A stretch of DNA of 64,000 nt from Synechococcus sp. (GTDB taxonomy: Bacteria > Cyanobacteriota > Cyanobacteriia > PCC-6307 > Cyanobiaceae), in the NCBI GenBank assembly GCA_047285305.1, contig JBJBDL010000003.1:960001-1024000 (forward strand), given 5' to 3'. Positions within the stretch are counted from its first letter, which is position 1; every line of letters begins with the position of its first letter. Made by a program: the position numbers and the translations under genes. Below, piece by piece: positions 1 to 10,040 of the stretch. The notes beneath the pieces are model-generated. The model had not been told where the DNA came from. It made no database searches and saw only the letters and a program-made list of their open reading frames with translations.

Positions 1-269
1 TCATGGGCCTTGTGGATGCCTGGGCGCGTGGAACATCCTGGAGCGATCTGATCGCCAACACGTCCCTGGATGAGGGTGATGTGGTGCGCATCATGCGCCG
101 CACCGTGGATCTTCTGGCCCAGGTGCCCTACTGCGAAGCAATCAGCGAGCAACTGCGCAGCCATGCCCGTCAGGCTCTGAAAGCGATCAACCGCTTCCCC
201 GTGGCCGAGGCCGAGGATCTGGTGCCGGCCTCCGCTGCGCTCAACCCGGCAACGGAGCGGGCCGCCTGA
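1..269 (+). CDS. C-terminal fragment of a Ski2/HelY-like DEAD/DEAH RNA helicase (DSHCT domain), truncated by the window edge
   Basis: WARG..W..L......DEGD.VR..RRT.DLL.Q is the DSHCT signature. Confidence 0.8.
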   Translation, partial: MGLVDAWARGTSWSDLIANTSLDEGDVVRIMRRTVDLLAQVPYCEAISEQLRSHARQALKAINRFPVAEAEDLVPASAALNPATERAA

Positions 270-271
270 GT

Positions 272-1669
272 TCAGGCGTCCGGAGCGGCCATGGCGTCGG
301 GATTCACCTGCTGATCAAAGTCGGCTTCGCTGATGTGGCCGAGCTCCAGGGCCGCCTGCTTCAGCGTCAACCCCTGATGGTGGGCATGCTGAGCGATGGC
401 ACTGGCCTTCTCGTAACCAATGCTCGGGGTCAAGGCGGTGACCAGCATCAAAGAGCGATCCACGAACCGCTGAATCTGCTCCCGATCCGGCTCCAAACCC
501 TCCACAAGGTTCTGGCGGAAGCTGGTCATGGCGTCCTTGAGCATGCGGATCGACTGCAGCAGGTTGAAGCCGATCAAGGGCTTGTAGACATTCATTTGCA
601 GATGGCCGCCTGCGCCAGCGGCTGCCACGGCGCCATCGAGACCGATTACCTGGGTGCAGACCATGGCCATGGCTTCGCACTGGGTGGGATTGATTTTTCC
701 CGGCATGATCGAGCTGCCGGGTTCGTTGGCGGGCAGCCGCAACTCGCCCAGACCCGCCCGGGGGCCACACCCAAGCAGCCGCACGTCGTTGGCGATCCGG
801 AGCAGGGCCACCGCCAGCAGGCGAAGTTGGCCCATCGCTTGGACGAGGGCGTCATGGCCGGCCATCACGGCAAAGAGGTTGTCAGCGGGACGGACCTTGA
901 CGCCAGCGACCCGGCTCAGCTCTTCCGCAACGGCATGACGGAAGCCCTGCGGCGTGTTCAACCCCGTGCCGACTGCGGTGCCGCCTAGGGGAAGATCGCC
1001 GAGGCTGACCAGACAGTCCTCTAGCCATGCCTGGGCTTGTTTGAGTTGATCCCGCCAGGCGCCCACTTCATCGCCCAGACGCAGGGGCACCGCATCCTGC
1101 AGATGAGTGCGGCCAATCTTGACGATGGGCATCCAGGCATGGGCTTTGGCATCCAAGGCCTGCACCAGGGCATCGAGCGCCGGCAGCAGCCCGTCCTTCA
1201 GGTGCTTGGCCGCGGCGACGTGAATAGCTGCGGGAAACACATCATTGGTGGATTGCGACCGATTGACGTGGTCATTCGGGTGCACTGGGCTGTGGCTACC
1301 GAGGGCGGTGCCAGAAGCCTGAGACGCCAGATTGCTGATCACCTCGTTGATGTTCATGTTGGTCTGGGTCCCGCTTCCGGTCTGCCAGACCCGCAGCGGG
1401 AACTGGTCGTTGTGCTGGCCAGCGGCAATGGCATCGGCCGCCGTGCAGATCAGCTCAACCTGTTGTGGGCTCAGAAGCGCATGTTGGCCGTTCACCGTGG
1501 CGCAGGAGCGCTTGATCCAGGCCAGAGCCTGGATGATCTCGAGCGGGATCCTTTCGTCGCTGATGGCGAAGTTCTGAAGCGACCGCTGAGTCTGGGCTCC
1601 CCAGAGCGCTTCGGACATCACCTCAATGCCCCCCAGGCTGTCGGTTTCAATCCTGAACGGCTGCGTCAT
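272..1669 (-). CDS. fumC: Class II fumarate hydratase
   Basis: FRIETDSLG, WQTGSGTQTNMN, GRTHLQDA, GSSIMPGKINP motifs; start placed at MTQPF (1669), alternative 1705. Confidence 0.96.
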   Translation of the reverse strand: MTQPFRIETDSLGGIEVMSEALWGAQTQRSLQNFAISDERIPLEIIQALAWIKRSCATVNGQHALLSPQQVELICTAADAIAAGQHNDQFPLRVWQTGSGTQTNMNINEVISNLASQASGTALGSHSPVHPNDHVNRSQSTNDVFPAAIHVAAAKHLKDGLLPALDALVQALDAKAHAWMPIVKIGRTHLQDAVPLRLGDEVGAWRDQLKQAQAWLEDCLVSLGDLPLGGTAVGTGLNTPQGFRHAVAEELSRVAGVKVRPADNLFAVMAGHDALVQAMGQLRLLAVALLRIANDVRLLGCGPRAGLGELRLPANEPGSSIMPGKINPTQCEAMAMVCTQVIGLDGAVAAAGAGGHLQMNVYKPLIGFNLLQSIRMLKDAMTSFRQNLVEGLEPDREQIQRFVDRSLMLVTALTPSIGYEKASAIAQHAHHQGLTLKQAALELGHISEADFDQQVNPDAMAAPDA

Positions 1670-1743
1670 CGGATCCACGGCGCGATCGATCGTTGCATCG
1701 ATCATCCGTGATCACTGTCCGTTGGTCGTGGCGTCGATTCGCA

Positions 1744-2889
1744 TCAACGGTCTGGTGTTGTCCCTGAAGGCTTCACGGTTTCAATTCCCAATCTGCTGCC
1801 GTCATATCCCGCCCGCTCGCGCACTTTCCTACACCACTCCTGATGCGATAGGTACCAGTTCACGGTCTCCGCCAAGCCCTGCTCCACATTGTGGCGAGGG
1901 CTCCAGCCCAGCTCAGAACTGATGCGGTCTGAGTCAATCGCGTAGCGGCGGTCGTGGCCAGGACGGTCGGTGACTGGCGTGATCAAGTCGGCGTGGGGAG
2001 CCGATGCAGGGCGGCTCTGATCCAACTGCTCGCAAATGGCATGAACAACCTCTTTATTGGTGCGTTCACCGTGGCCTCCAACGCAGTAGCTGCTGCCCGA
2101 CGCTCCATTGCAGGCCGCCAGCAGCAATGCATCGACGTGGTCTTCCACGTACAACCAATCCCGCACATTCAGCCCATCGCCGTAGAGGGGAATCGACTCA
2201 CCTTCAGCGGCCTTCAAGGTGACCACGGGGATGAGTTTTTCGGGGAACTGCCACGGGCCGTAGTTGTTTGAGCAGTTGGTGAGCACCACAGGTAGCCCAA
2301 AGGTGTGGTGCCAGGCCTGAACGAGGTGATCACTGGCCGCCTTGCTGGCGGAGTAGGGGCTGCGGGGGTTGTAGGGAGTTGTTTCTGAGAAGCGCCCTTC
2401 GGCGCCCAGGGACCCAAAGACTTCGTCGGTGCTGATGTGGTGCATCCGAAAGCCATCCCGGCGCTCACCGCTCAAGTCCTCGTAGTGGCCCCGCACCGCC
2501 TGCAGCAGGTTGTAGGTGCCGTTGACGTTGCTCTCGATGAACACACCAGGGCCGGAGATGGATCGATCCACATGGCTTTCCGCTGCCAGGTGCATCACCA
2601 GATCAGGGTCGGCCTCCCGCACCGCAGCCTCAACTGTTGTTGCATCGGTCAGATCCACCTTCTGAAGCTTGTGCCGAACGTTCGCCGCTTCGCCTAGTTC
2701 GCTCAGCACCTCCTCAATGGAGGACAGGTCGCTGGCATAGCCCATCTTGTCAAGATTGAAGACGGTGACTGTGGTCTCCTTCAACAGCCTGCGCACGACG
2801 GCACCGCCAATGAAGCCGGCACCTCCGGTGACCAGAACTCTGCGGCGATTTCCCAGCAGGTCGGAGGCGGAAGGCATGGACGAAACCAT
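1744..2889 (-). CDS. rfbB: dTDP-glucose 4,6-dehydratase
   Basis: VTGGAGFIG, HLAAESHVDRSI, STDEVFG, YSASK, DRPGHDRRY. Confidence 0.96.
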   Translation of the reverse strand: MVSSMPSASDLLGNRRRVLVTGGAGFIGGAVVRRLLKETTVTVFNLDKMGYASDLSSIEEVLSELGEAANVRHKLQKVDLTDATTVEAAVREADPDLVMHLAAESHVDRSISGPGVFIESNVNGTYNLLQAVRGHYEDLSGERRDGFRMHHISTDEVFGSLGAEGRFSETTPYNPRSPYSASKAASDHLVQAWHHTFGLPVVLTNCSNNYGPWQFPEKLIPVVTLKAAEGESIPLYGDGLNVRDWLYVEDHVDALLLAACNGASGSSYCVGGHGERTNKEVVHAICEQLDQSRPASAPHADLITPVTDRPGHDRRYAIDSDRISSELGWSPRHNVEQGLAETVNWYLSHQEWCRKVRERAGYDGSRLGIETVKPSGTTPDR

Positions 2890-2947
2890 TGGTGAGAGCG
2901 TGGGTTGGTGAGTTGTTTGGGGTTGGGGCGTGGAACTCAGTCGCCCT

Positions 2948-3832
2948 TCATGGCGTTTTGGCTTGCTTCAACACGGCCTTGAGGGCTTGCTGCCAGTGCT
3001 CGCCCTTGAGGTCCAGGGCTGCTCGGGTGGCGGTGCAGTCAAGGAGGGAATAGGCCGGCCGTTCAGCGGGCGTCGGATAGTCCGCTGTAGTGATCGGTTG
3101 AACGGCTGCGGGTGTGTCGATGAGCCCCAAATCAGCCCCGATTTGGCCAACGGCTACCGCCACGTCATACCAGCTGGCGGCGCCGGCATCACTCCAGTGC
3201 ATTACCGCCGGCACGTCGCGGTCATCAGCAATCTGCAGGGTTTGCCAGCAGGCTTGAGCGAGGTTGAGGGTGCTGGTGGGACAGCCCACTTGATCGGCGA
3301 CAACACCGAGTTGATCCCGTTCGCGGTGGAGGCGGAGCATGGTGAGTGCAAAGTTCTTGCCCACGGGCCCGATCACCCAGCTGGTGCGCAGGATCAGCCC
3401 CCGGCCTCCTGTGCCAAAAATCGTCTGGACCGCAGCTTCTCCAGCGGCTTTGCTGGCGCCGTAAACCCCGAGAGGGTCACGGGCTTGCTCGGGTTGATAG
3501 GGCGTTCCCTGGGTCCCGTTGAAGACGAAGTCGGTGCTGATCTGGAGCAGGCGTCCCCCTTGTTGATTAAGCGCGAGGGCAAAGGCTTCCGGTGCCCCGG
3601 CATTCACGGCATGGGCCAGCTCGGGCTCCGACTCGGCCTTGTCCACAGCCGTATAAGCACCGGCGTTGAGCACCCAGTCGGGTTGGTGCTGTTCCACGGC
3701 GCTGCGGCAAGCTTCAGGGTCCGCCAGGTCAAGCTGCTCACGGCTGGTGGCCACCAGCTTGATTCCCACAGGGGCGGAAGCGATCAGAGCCTGGCCCAGC
3801 TGACCGCCAGCCCCGGTGACCAGCACCTTCAT
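2948..3832 (-). CDS. rfbD: dTDP-4-dehydrorhamnose reductase
   Basis: VTGAGGQLG, AYTAVDKAESE, STDFVF, YGASK, TPAERP. Confidence 0.95.
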   Translation of the reverse strand: MKVLVTGAGGQLGQALIASAPVGIKLVATSREQLDLADPEACRSAVEQHQPDWVLNAGAYTAVDKAESEPELAHAVNAGAPEAFALALNQQGGRLLQISTDFVFNGTQGTPYQPEQARDPLGVYGASKAAGEAAVQTIFGTGGRGLILRTSWVIGPVGKNFALTMLRLHRERDQLGVVADQVGCPTSTLNLAQACWQTLQIADDRDVPAVMHWSDAGAASWYDVAVAVGQIGADLGLIDTPAAVQPITTADYPTPAERPAYSLLDCTATRAALDLKGEHWQQALKAVLKQAKTP

Positions 3833-4419
3833 GGGAAAACGTCTCCGGCTACCTCAGCGGCTTTGAACCCTGTTGCTTTGGCATCTTTGCCGGAGAGGCT
3901 CACCGCGGCGCCCTGTAGCCGATTGATCGGCCAGGCAATGGCCAGATCTGGATCATTCCAGACGATGGCCCGTTCACAGGATTTGTTCCAGAACCCTCGG
4001 GCCTTGTATTGCACCTCTGCAACATCGCTGAGGGTGAGAAAGCCGTGGGCGAAGCCCTCAGGAATCCAAAGCTGGTATTTGTTCTCGTCACTCAGTTCGG
4101 CGCCGACCCAGGCGCCAAAGGTTGGTGAGTTGCGTCGGATGTCGATGGCGACGTCGTAGATCGCCCCGACCGTGGCACGCACCAGCTTGGCCTGGGGTTC
4201 CGGAGCGAGCTGGTAGTGCAGTCCCCGCAGCACGCCCTGAATTGAGCGGGAATGGTTGTCTTGAGAGAACAGCACCGATTCGCCAACGGCTTCATCGAAC
4301 TTGCGTTGGTTCCAGTTTTCGTAAAACCAGCCACGGTCATCGCCGAAGACTTGGGGCGTGATCAGCAGGGGACCCTGCATCACCGCGCCGGACGGGGTTT
4401 TGAGTTGTTCAAGCTGCAT
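3829..4419 (-). CDS. rfbC: dTDP-4-dehydrorhamnose 3,5-epimerase
   Basis: [33 protein letters not shown]. Confidence 0.96.
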   Translation of the reverse strand: MQLEQLKTPSGAVMQGPLLITPQVFGDDRGWFYENWNQRKFDEAVGESVLFSQDNHSRSIQGVLRGLHYQLAPEPQAKLVRATVGAIYDVAIDIRRNSPTFGAWVGAELSDENKYQLWIPEGFAHGFLTLSDVAEVQYKARGFWNKSCERAIVWNDPDLAIAWPINRLQGAAVSLSGKDAKATGFKAAEVAGDVFP

Positions 4420-5359
4420 GGCGCATCTTCAGGCTGGATTGCAGGGCCGCGTGATCGCTAACGCTCTCCTCGAGCATTTGCAGGAGATAGGAGCCGTAGC
4501 CACTCTTCTTGAGGGGCTGCGCCAGCTGATTCAGCTGCTCTGCCGTGATCCAGCCCTGGCGCCAGGCCACCTCTTCCGGGCAGCCCACCTTCAGCCCCTG
4601 GCGATGTTCGAGCGTGCGGATGTAGCTGCCGGCATCGTTGAGGGAATCGCAGGTGCCGGTGTCGAGCCAGGCCATGCCGCGACCCATCAATTCCACCCGC
4701 AGCAGCCCTTCATTCAGGTACAGCTGATTGAGATCGGTGATCTCCAGCTCGCCACGCGCTGAAGGCTTCACCTGGCGGGCCCGTTCCACGACGCTGTCGT
4801 CGTAGAAGTACAGCCCGGTCACGGCGTAGCGGCTCTTGGGCTTCTGAGGTTTTTCCTCCAGGCTCAGCACGCAGCCATCGGCATCGAATTCGGCCACGCC
4901 ATAACGCTCGGGATCACTCACGGGGTATGCAAACACCGTCGCCCCTTGGGCCTGCGTGTTGCTGTTAACCAGCTGGGGCACCAGATCGTGCCCATGGAAG
5001 AGGTTGTCTCCCAGCACCAGCGCGGCGGGGTGGCTCGCCAGGAAGTCGGCGCCAATGAGAAATGCCTGGGCCAAACCGTCAGGGCTCGGTTGCACGGCGT
5101 ACTCAATCGTCATGCCCCACCGGCGGCCGTCGCCGAGCAAGCGCTGAAATGCCTCCCTGTCTTGAGGGGTGGTGATGATCAGCACCTCGCGGATCCCCGC
5201 CAGCATCAGAGTGCTGAGCGGGTAATAAATCATCGGCTTGTCGTAAACCGGCAGCAGCTGTTTGCTGACGGCCTGGGTGATCGGATGCAGCCGTGTGCCG
5301 CTTCCTCCAGCCAGGATGATTCCCCGTCGCTTGGATGCGGTGCTCATCGGCTGGCTCAC
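4409..5359 (-). CDS. rfbA: Glucose-1-phosphate thymidylyltransferase
   Basis: [48 protein letters not shown]. Confidence 0.96.
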   Translation of the reverse strand: MSQPMSTASKRRGIILAGGSGTRLHPITQAVSKQLLPVYDKPMIYYPLSTLMLAGIREVLIITTPQDREAFQRLLGDGRRWGMTIEYAVQPSPDGLAQAFLIGADFLASHPAALVLGDNLFHGHDLVPQLVNSNTQAQGATVFAYPVSDPERYGVAEFDADGCVLSLEEKPQKPKSRYAVTGLYFYDDSVVERARQVKPSARGELEITDLNQLYLNEGLLRVELMGRGMAWLDTGTCDSLNDAGSYIRTLEHRQGLKVGCPEEVAWRQGWITAEQLNQLAQPLKKSGYGSYLLQMLEESVSDHAALQSSLKMRHAA

Positions 5360-5469
5360 CGTCGTGAAGTCGGCGCCATTTCAGCACGAGAACCCTTGCG
5401 ATCACTCCATTTGGGGCGATGGCAAAGCCGTTTCAGCAGATCACTCCTCTGTGGAGTTGTCTGCATGTG

Positions 5470-6474
5470 TCATGCAGCGGACGCGGTTAGGACGTCGATC
5501 TGCTGCGTCAGCAGCTCCCTGGCCTGGGCGGGCGTGGGGGCTCGCATGAGGGCATGCCGCAGTTGCGAGGCACCGGGGAAGCCCGTGCAGGTCCAGCCCA
5601 TGTGTTTGCGGGCGATCAGCAGACCATGGTCGCCGCGATCCTCCACAAGACCGTCCAGTTGATCGCGGGCAAGTGCAAGCCGTGCTGACGGGTTGGGTGT
5701 GGCGGGGATCGCACGACCGGCCAGGGTGGCGTCGATCTGTCCCACCAGCCATGGGGCTCCCATCGTGCCTCTTCCCACCATCACGCCCGCCGCGCCGGTT
5801 TGCTGCAGGCAGCGCAGGGCATCGTCGGGGCTGTTGATGTCGCCGTTCGCAATCAGGGGGATCGTGAGGGCTTTTCGAACTTTGGTGATCGCGCTCCAGT
5901 CCGCAGAACCCTTGAAGCCCTGTTCGCGGGTGCGTCCATGCAGTGTGAGCAGTTGTGCACCGGCTTGTTCCAGCTGTTGGCACCAGTGCACGGGATCGGC
6001 ATCACTGCCACACCAACCCAGGCGTGTCTTCACCGTGACGGGCACGGCTACGGCATCTGCCACCGCTTCCACGATCTGGATGGCCAGCTCGGGATCACGG
6101 ATCAAGCCGGACCCACCCCCTTTGCGGGCAATCTTGCGCACAGGGCAGCCCATGTTGATATCGATCAGGAAGGCCCCACTGGCTTCAGCCCGTCGTGCCG
6201 CATCAGCCATGGCCTGGGGGCGATGGTCGAACAGTTGCACGCCGATGGGGCCGGATTCCTCGGCGAGCGATTCCACCTTGCAAAGCCCATGCCCCATCTC
6301 GAGGCTGGTGGCATTCACCATTTCGGTGAACAACAGCGCGTCGGGAGCCCAACGTCGAACCAGACCGCGAAAGATCCGATCGCTCACCCCTGCCAGCGGT
6401 GACTGCAGCACGCGGCAGCGCAGCTGACGCGTGATTCCATTGCCGGGTAGCTGCAGGGGGGATGAAGCAATCAT
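5470..6474 (-). CDS. dusB: tRNA-dihydrouridine synthase (DusB/NifR3 type)
   Basis: QSPLAGVSD, DINMGCP, TVKTRLG, LHGRT, ANGDI; start trimmed to MIASS (6474) because the longer ORF overlaps the divergent gene. Confidence 0.92.
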   Translation of the reverse strand: MIASSPLQLPGNGITRQLRCRVLQSPLAGVSDRIFRGLVRRWAPDALLFTEMVNATSLEMGHGLCKVESLAEESGPIGVQLFDHRPQAMADAARRAEASGAFLIDINMGCPVRKIARKGGGSGLIRDPELAIQIVEAVADAVAVPVTVKTRLGWCGSDADPVHWCQQLEQAGAQLLTLHGRTREQGFKGSADWSAITKVRKALTIPLIANGDINSPDDALRCLQQTGAAGVMVGRGTMGAPWLVGQIDATLAGRAIPATPNPSARLALARDQLDGLVEDRGDHGLLIARKHMGWTCTGFPGASQLRHALMRAPTPAQARELLTQQIDVLTASAA

Positions 6475-6480
6475 GGGTCC

Positions 6481-6948
6481 ATGCTGCACAACGCAACCGA
6501 CATGCCCTGGCCGCTCAGTCGTTCGTTGTTGTTGCAGATCCTCGAGGACCGCTGCAGCGATCGCTTTGTTTGCGAAAGGATCTGGGAACGTTTGGGCTAT
6601 CAGCCTACTGAACCGCAGTGGTGCGCTGGTCCTGATACACCCTCCGAATGGGCCGACGCCTTCCCTAAGGCTCCCGAGCTGATCGCGGAGCGTCCGGCGT
6701 CTGTTCGTTTGACCCGCTCGGTTCCCAAGCAACACAAACAGCTGCTGAAGCAACAGCTCAACTTCGCGGGTTACCGCATCGGTGAGTTGTACCCCCGCCG
6801 CACCCGACGAGCCACAGCTGTGAACTGGCTGTTGGCCTGGTTGGCCCAGCAGGGCGAGCCCCTGCCGGAACAAGGGCCCCTGGGCCCTGAGCTTCCCCCT
6901 CCTGCCGATCCGGTGCTAGGGCACCCCGGCGATCTGCCGGTGAAGTGA
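6481..6948 (+). CDS. Conserved cyanobacterial protein (DUF1823-like)
   Basis: ERPASVRLTRS.PK..KQLLKQQLNF.GY.I..L.PR.TRRATA.NWLL recalled as this family; alternative start 6502. Confidence 0.75.
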   Translation: MLHNATDMPWPLSRSLLLQILEDRCSDRFVCERIWERLGYQPTEPQWCAGPDTPSEWADAFPKAPELIAERPASVRLTRSVPKQHKQLLKQQLNFAGYRIGELYPRRTRRATAVNWLLAWLAQQGEPLPEQGPLGPELPPPADPVLGHPGDLPVK

Positions 6949-6962
6949 TCCGGTGGCCTAAC

Positions 6963-7346
6963 TCAGGCCTGAATTGTGATGGGTGTGCCTTTCGGGGTGT
7001 TGTGGAACATCCAACGGGCGTGATTCAGCGGCATGCGCACACAGTCATGGCTGCGGGGAACGCCGAACGGTTTCCCTGCGTTCTCCTGCCAGGGGGAGGC
7101 GTGGAGGCAGATGGCCTCGTTCGCGCTCACACACATCTTGAACGGCACCCCGGGAAAGGTGTAAGTGCGTCCATACATCGTTGTGGATCGGTACTTCGTA
7201 CAAACCTTGCTGTTGAAAATCGGTGTTGGCGTTGAGGCTTTGCCGGTGCTGACCGGAATCACGCGAACCACCTCTTGATTGCTGTTGTAGATGGTCAGGC
7301 GTTGGTCGGAGAGGTCGACCACAAGGTTGGCGACGACCTCGAGCAT
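6963..7346 (-). CDS. L,D-transpeptidase (YkuD) family protein with a variant catalytic motif
   Basis: VVDLSDQRL, PVSTG...TPT, LH...SHDCVRM (canonical SHGC); start MLEV 7346, alternative 7373. Confidence 0.8.
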   Translation of the reverse strand: MLEVVANLVVDLSDQRLTIYNSNQEVVRVIPVSTGKASTPTPIFNSKVCTKYRSTTMYGRTYTFPGVPFKMCVSANEAICLHASPWQENAGKPFGVPRSHDCVRMPLNHARWMFHNTPKGTPITIQA

Positions 7347-7475
7347 GGCGAGGTAACCACTGAACTCGCCCAAGCCGTCTCAGGTGAGACTCATTTGTCT
7401 CGCTCCGAAAGGATTTCGGTTCTCTAGGGGCTTTATGGCTTCTCTGTAGGGTGAAAGATTGGCCTGAGCAGACCC

Positions 7476-8843
7476 TTGGCGCGTCCTGTCGTCGCAATCA
7501 TCGGACGCCCCAATGTCGGTAAGTCGACCTTGGTGAATCGGCTGTGTCGCAGCCGGGAAGCCATCGTTCACGATCAGCCTGGCGTGACGCGTGATCGCAC
7601 TTACCAGGACGGCTACTGGGGCGATCGGGAATTCAAGGTCGTCGACACCGGTGGACTGGTGTTCGATGACGACAGTGAGTTCCTGCCGGAGATCCGGGAG
7701 CAGGCGGCTCTTGCGCTCGAGGAAGCCAGTGTGGCTCTGGTGATCGTGGACGGTCAGCAGGGGCTCACAGCCGCTGACGAGTCCATCGCGGAATTTCTAC
7801 GCAGTCACCGCTGTCCCACGCTTCTGGCGGTGAACAAGTGCGAGTCGCCGGAACAGGGCCTGGCGATGGCCGGCGAATTCTGGAGCCTTGGCCTGGGTGA
7901 ACCCCATCCGATCTCTGCCATCCACGGCGCCGGCACCGGAGAACTGCTGGATCATGTGCTCACCTTTTTCCCACCGAAGGATCAGGAGGGTGACGAGGAG
8001 GAGCCCATTCAGATGGCCATTATCGGACGGCCAAATGTCGGGAAATCCAGTCTGTTGAATGCCATCTGCGGGGAGCAGCGGGCGATTGTCAGCCCAATCC
8101 GCGGCACCACCCGCGACACGATCGACACCAGCATCATTCGTGAGAATCGTCCCTGGCGCCTGGTGGACACGGCGGGCATTCGGCGGCGACGCAGCGTCAA
8201 CTATGGCCCGGAATTCTTCGGCATCAACAGGAGTTTCAAGGCCATTGAACGCAGTGATGTGTGTGTTCTGGTGATCGATGCTCTCGATGGGGTGACCGAG
8301 CAGGATCAGCGCCTGGCTGGCCGCATCGAAGAGGACGGCCGTGCCTGCGTGGTGGTCGTCAACAAGTGGGACGCGGTGGAAAAAGACAGCCACACCATGA
8401 CGGCGATGGAAAAGGAGCTGCGCTCCAAGCTCTATTTCCTCGATTGGGCTCCGATGCTGTTCACCTCGGCGCTCACCGGTCAGCGCGTGGAGAGTATCTT
8501 TGCCTTGGCCGCCTTGGCGGTTGAGCAGCACCGTCGCCGCGTCAGTACGTCCGTTGTGAACGAGGTGCTCAAGGAAGCGCTGAGCTGGCGCAGTCCCCCC
8601 ACCACTCGCGGTGGACGCCAAGGAAAGTTGTATTACGGCACCCAGGTGGCCAGCCGGCCGCCCAGCTTCACCCTGTTCGTAAACGACCCCAAATTGTTCG
8701 GAGAGACCTACCGGCGCTATGTGGAGCGTCAGATCCGCGAGGGGCTTGGTTTCGATGGCAGCCCGTTGCGTCTGTTCTGGCGCGGCAAGCAGCAGCGCGA
8801 TGCCGAACGCGACCTGGCCCGTCAGCAGAGTCGCAAAGGCTGA
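7476..8843 (+). CDS. der: Ribosome biogenesis GTPase Der/EngA
   Basis: Two GRPNVGKS G-domains, DTGG/DTAG, NKWD, C-terminal KH-like domain. Confidence 0.97.
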   Translation: MARPVVAIIGRPNVGKSTLVNRLCRSREAIVHDQPGVTRDRTYQDGYWGDREFKVVDTGGLVFDDDSEFLPEIREQAALALEEASVALVIVDGQQGLTAADESIAEFLRSHRCPTLLAVNKCESPEQGLAMAGEFWSLGLGEPHPISAIHGAGTGELLDHVLTFFPPKDQEGDEEEPIQMAIIGRPNVGKSSLLNAICGEQRAIVSPIRGTTRDTIDTSIIRENRPWRLVDTAGIRRRRSVNYGPEFFGINRSFKAIERSDVCVLVIDALDGVTEQDQRLAGRIEEDGRACVVVVNKWDAVEKDSHTMTAMEKELRSKLYFLDWAPMLFTSALTGQRVESIFALAALAVEQHRRRVSTSVVNEVLKEALSWRSPPTTRGGRQGKLYYGTQVASRPPSFTLFVNDPKLFGETYRRYVERQIREGLGFDGSPLRLFWRGKQQRDAERDLARQQSRKG

Positions 8844-8846
8844 GTC

Positions 8847-9755
8847 ATGGACTGGTTGCGCCAGGTCCCCATGGGTCAATACGTCGATGGGTCCACGGGT
8901 TGGCTCCGGCGCTTGGACCCTCGCCTGAAGCTGGCCTGGTCTGTTGTCTTTCTGCTTACTCCTGTTCTGGCGGGCCCCCTCTGGCGCGTCGGCCTGGTGG
9001 TGGCTCTGGTGCTGATCACCCTCGGCAGTGGACTGGCTCGTTCGCTGTGGTGGAGGTCTGTTCTGCTGCTGACGGCCTTGGCCGTTGTGGTGGGTCTCCT
9101 GTCGATGTTCTTGCCGGCTGTGGATCCCCCTGCGGCTTTCCCGCTGCGCAATCCGGCCGAGCTTCCGGGGCTCGAGACTGGAGGCCCCTCCTGGGATCTG
9201 TTGCGCCTCGGCCCCCTGCAGTTGGGCGGTCTCCAGCTGGGGCCGCTGGTGGTGGATCGGGCCTCGGCGCTGCTGGGGCTGCGAACGTCGACCTTGATCT
9301 TCACCGTGATTCACAGCGTCAACCTGATGCTGATCACGACCCCGCCTGAGGATCTGGTCTGGGCCCTCAGCTGGTGCCTGGCGCCATTGAAGTGGCTGGG
9401 ATGTCCTGTGGAGCGGCTGGGGTTTCAATTGCTGCTGGCACTTCGCTTTCTGCCTCTGGTGCAGGAGGAGCTCCAGAATCTGCTGCGCTCTCTCGCCAGC
9501 CGTGCCGTCAATCTGCGCCAGCTGGGCTTCAAGGCCGGTTTCGGCCTGGTGCTGGCCGTCGGAGAGCGGCTGCTGGCCAACATCCTTCTCAGGGCTGAGC
9601 AGGGGGCTGATGCTCTGGTCGTCCGTGGGGGTCGAATTCTCGGTCCGTCGTACTTCCGCATGTCTCCCGATCGGGCTGCTCCCCTGCTGAATGGCCTGGC
9701 GATTGTCGCTCTTGTGTTGGTGATTGGGCTCCGCGGTCAGTACGGTGCTCTATGA
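8847..9755 (+). CDS. Energy-coupling factor transporter T component (CbiQ/EcfT family)
   Basis: GQY......L..LDPRLKL, LALRFLPLVQEE, hydrophobic; typical position between der and pipX. Confidence 0.85.
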   Translation: MDWLRQVPMGQYVDGSTGWLRRLDPRLKLAWSVVFLLTPVLAGPLWRVGLVVALVLITLGSGLARSLWWRSVLLLTALAVVVGLLSMFLPAVDPPAAFPLRNPAELPGLETGGPSWDLLRLGPLQLGGLQLGPLVVDRASALLGLRTSTLIFTVIHSVNLMLITTPPEDLVWALSWCLAPLKWLGCPVERLGFQLLLALRFLPLVQEELQNLLRSLASRAVNLRQLGFKAGFGLVLAVGERLLANILLRAEQGADALVVRGGRILGPSYFRMSPDRAAPLLNGLAIVALVLVIGLRGQYGAL

Positions 9756-9769
9756 CCTCCGATCACGGC

Positions 9770-10036
9770 ATGGCGTCCGAGCAATATCTGAATCACCCCA
9801 CCTTCGGGATGCTCTATCGGGTGGCTCCGGCAGGTGAGGGTCGTGACGTCTACGCAACGTTGTATGCCCAGCGCATGTTCTTCCTGGTCACCCTGCAGCC
9901 CCGTGGCGCTCAGTTTGAAGTGATTCCCTACGGGGACGCGCGCCACCACGCTGAGGTGCATCTGGGTCGTTGCCGTCGTGATGGCTCGGACGACCTGGAG
10001 TCCTGGCGTCAGCTGTTCGATCAGACGTTCATCTGA
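9770..10036 (+). CDS. pipX: PII-interacting protein X
   Basis: MASEQYLNHPTFGMLY, ATLYAQRMFFLV, LFDQTF. Confidence 0.95.
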   Translation: MASEQYLNHPTFGMLYRVAPAGEGRDVYATLYAQRMFFLVTLQPRGAQFEVIPYGDARHHAEVHLGRCRRDGSDDLESWRQLFDQTFI

Positions 10037-10040
10037 ACCC

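Noticed and set aside
263..278. CGCCTGA-gt-TCAGGCG palindrome at the helicase/fumC junction
   Set aside because: Largely produced by two facing Ala-stop codon pairs; 2-nt loop and no U tract
2890..2935. G/T-rich spacer between rfbD and rfbB as a possible G-quadruplex
   Set aside because: Only three runs of three or more G, and the G-rich strand is not the mRNA strand; weak support
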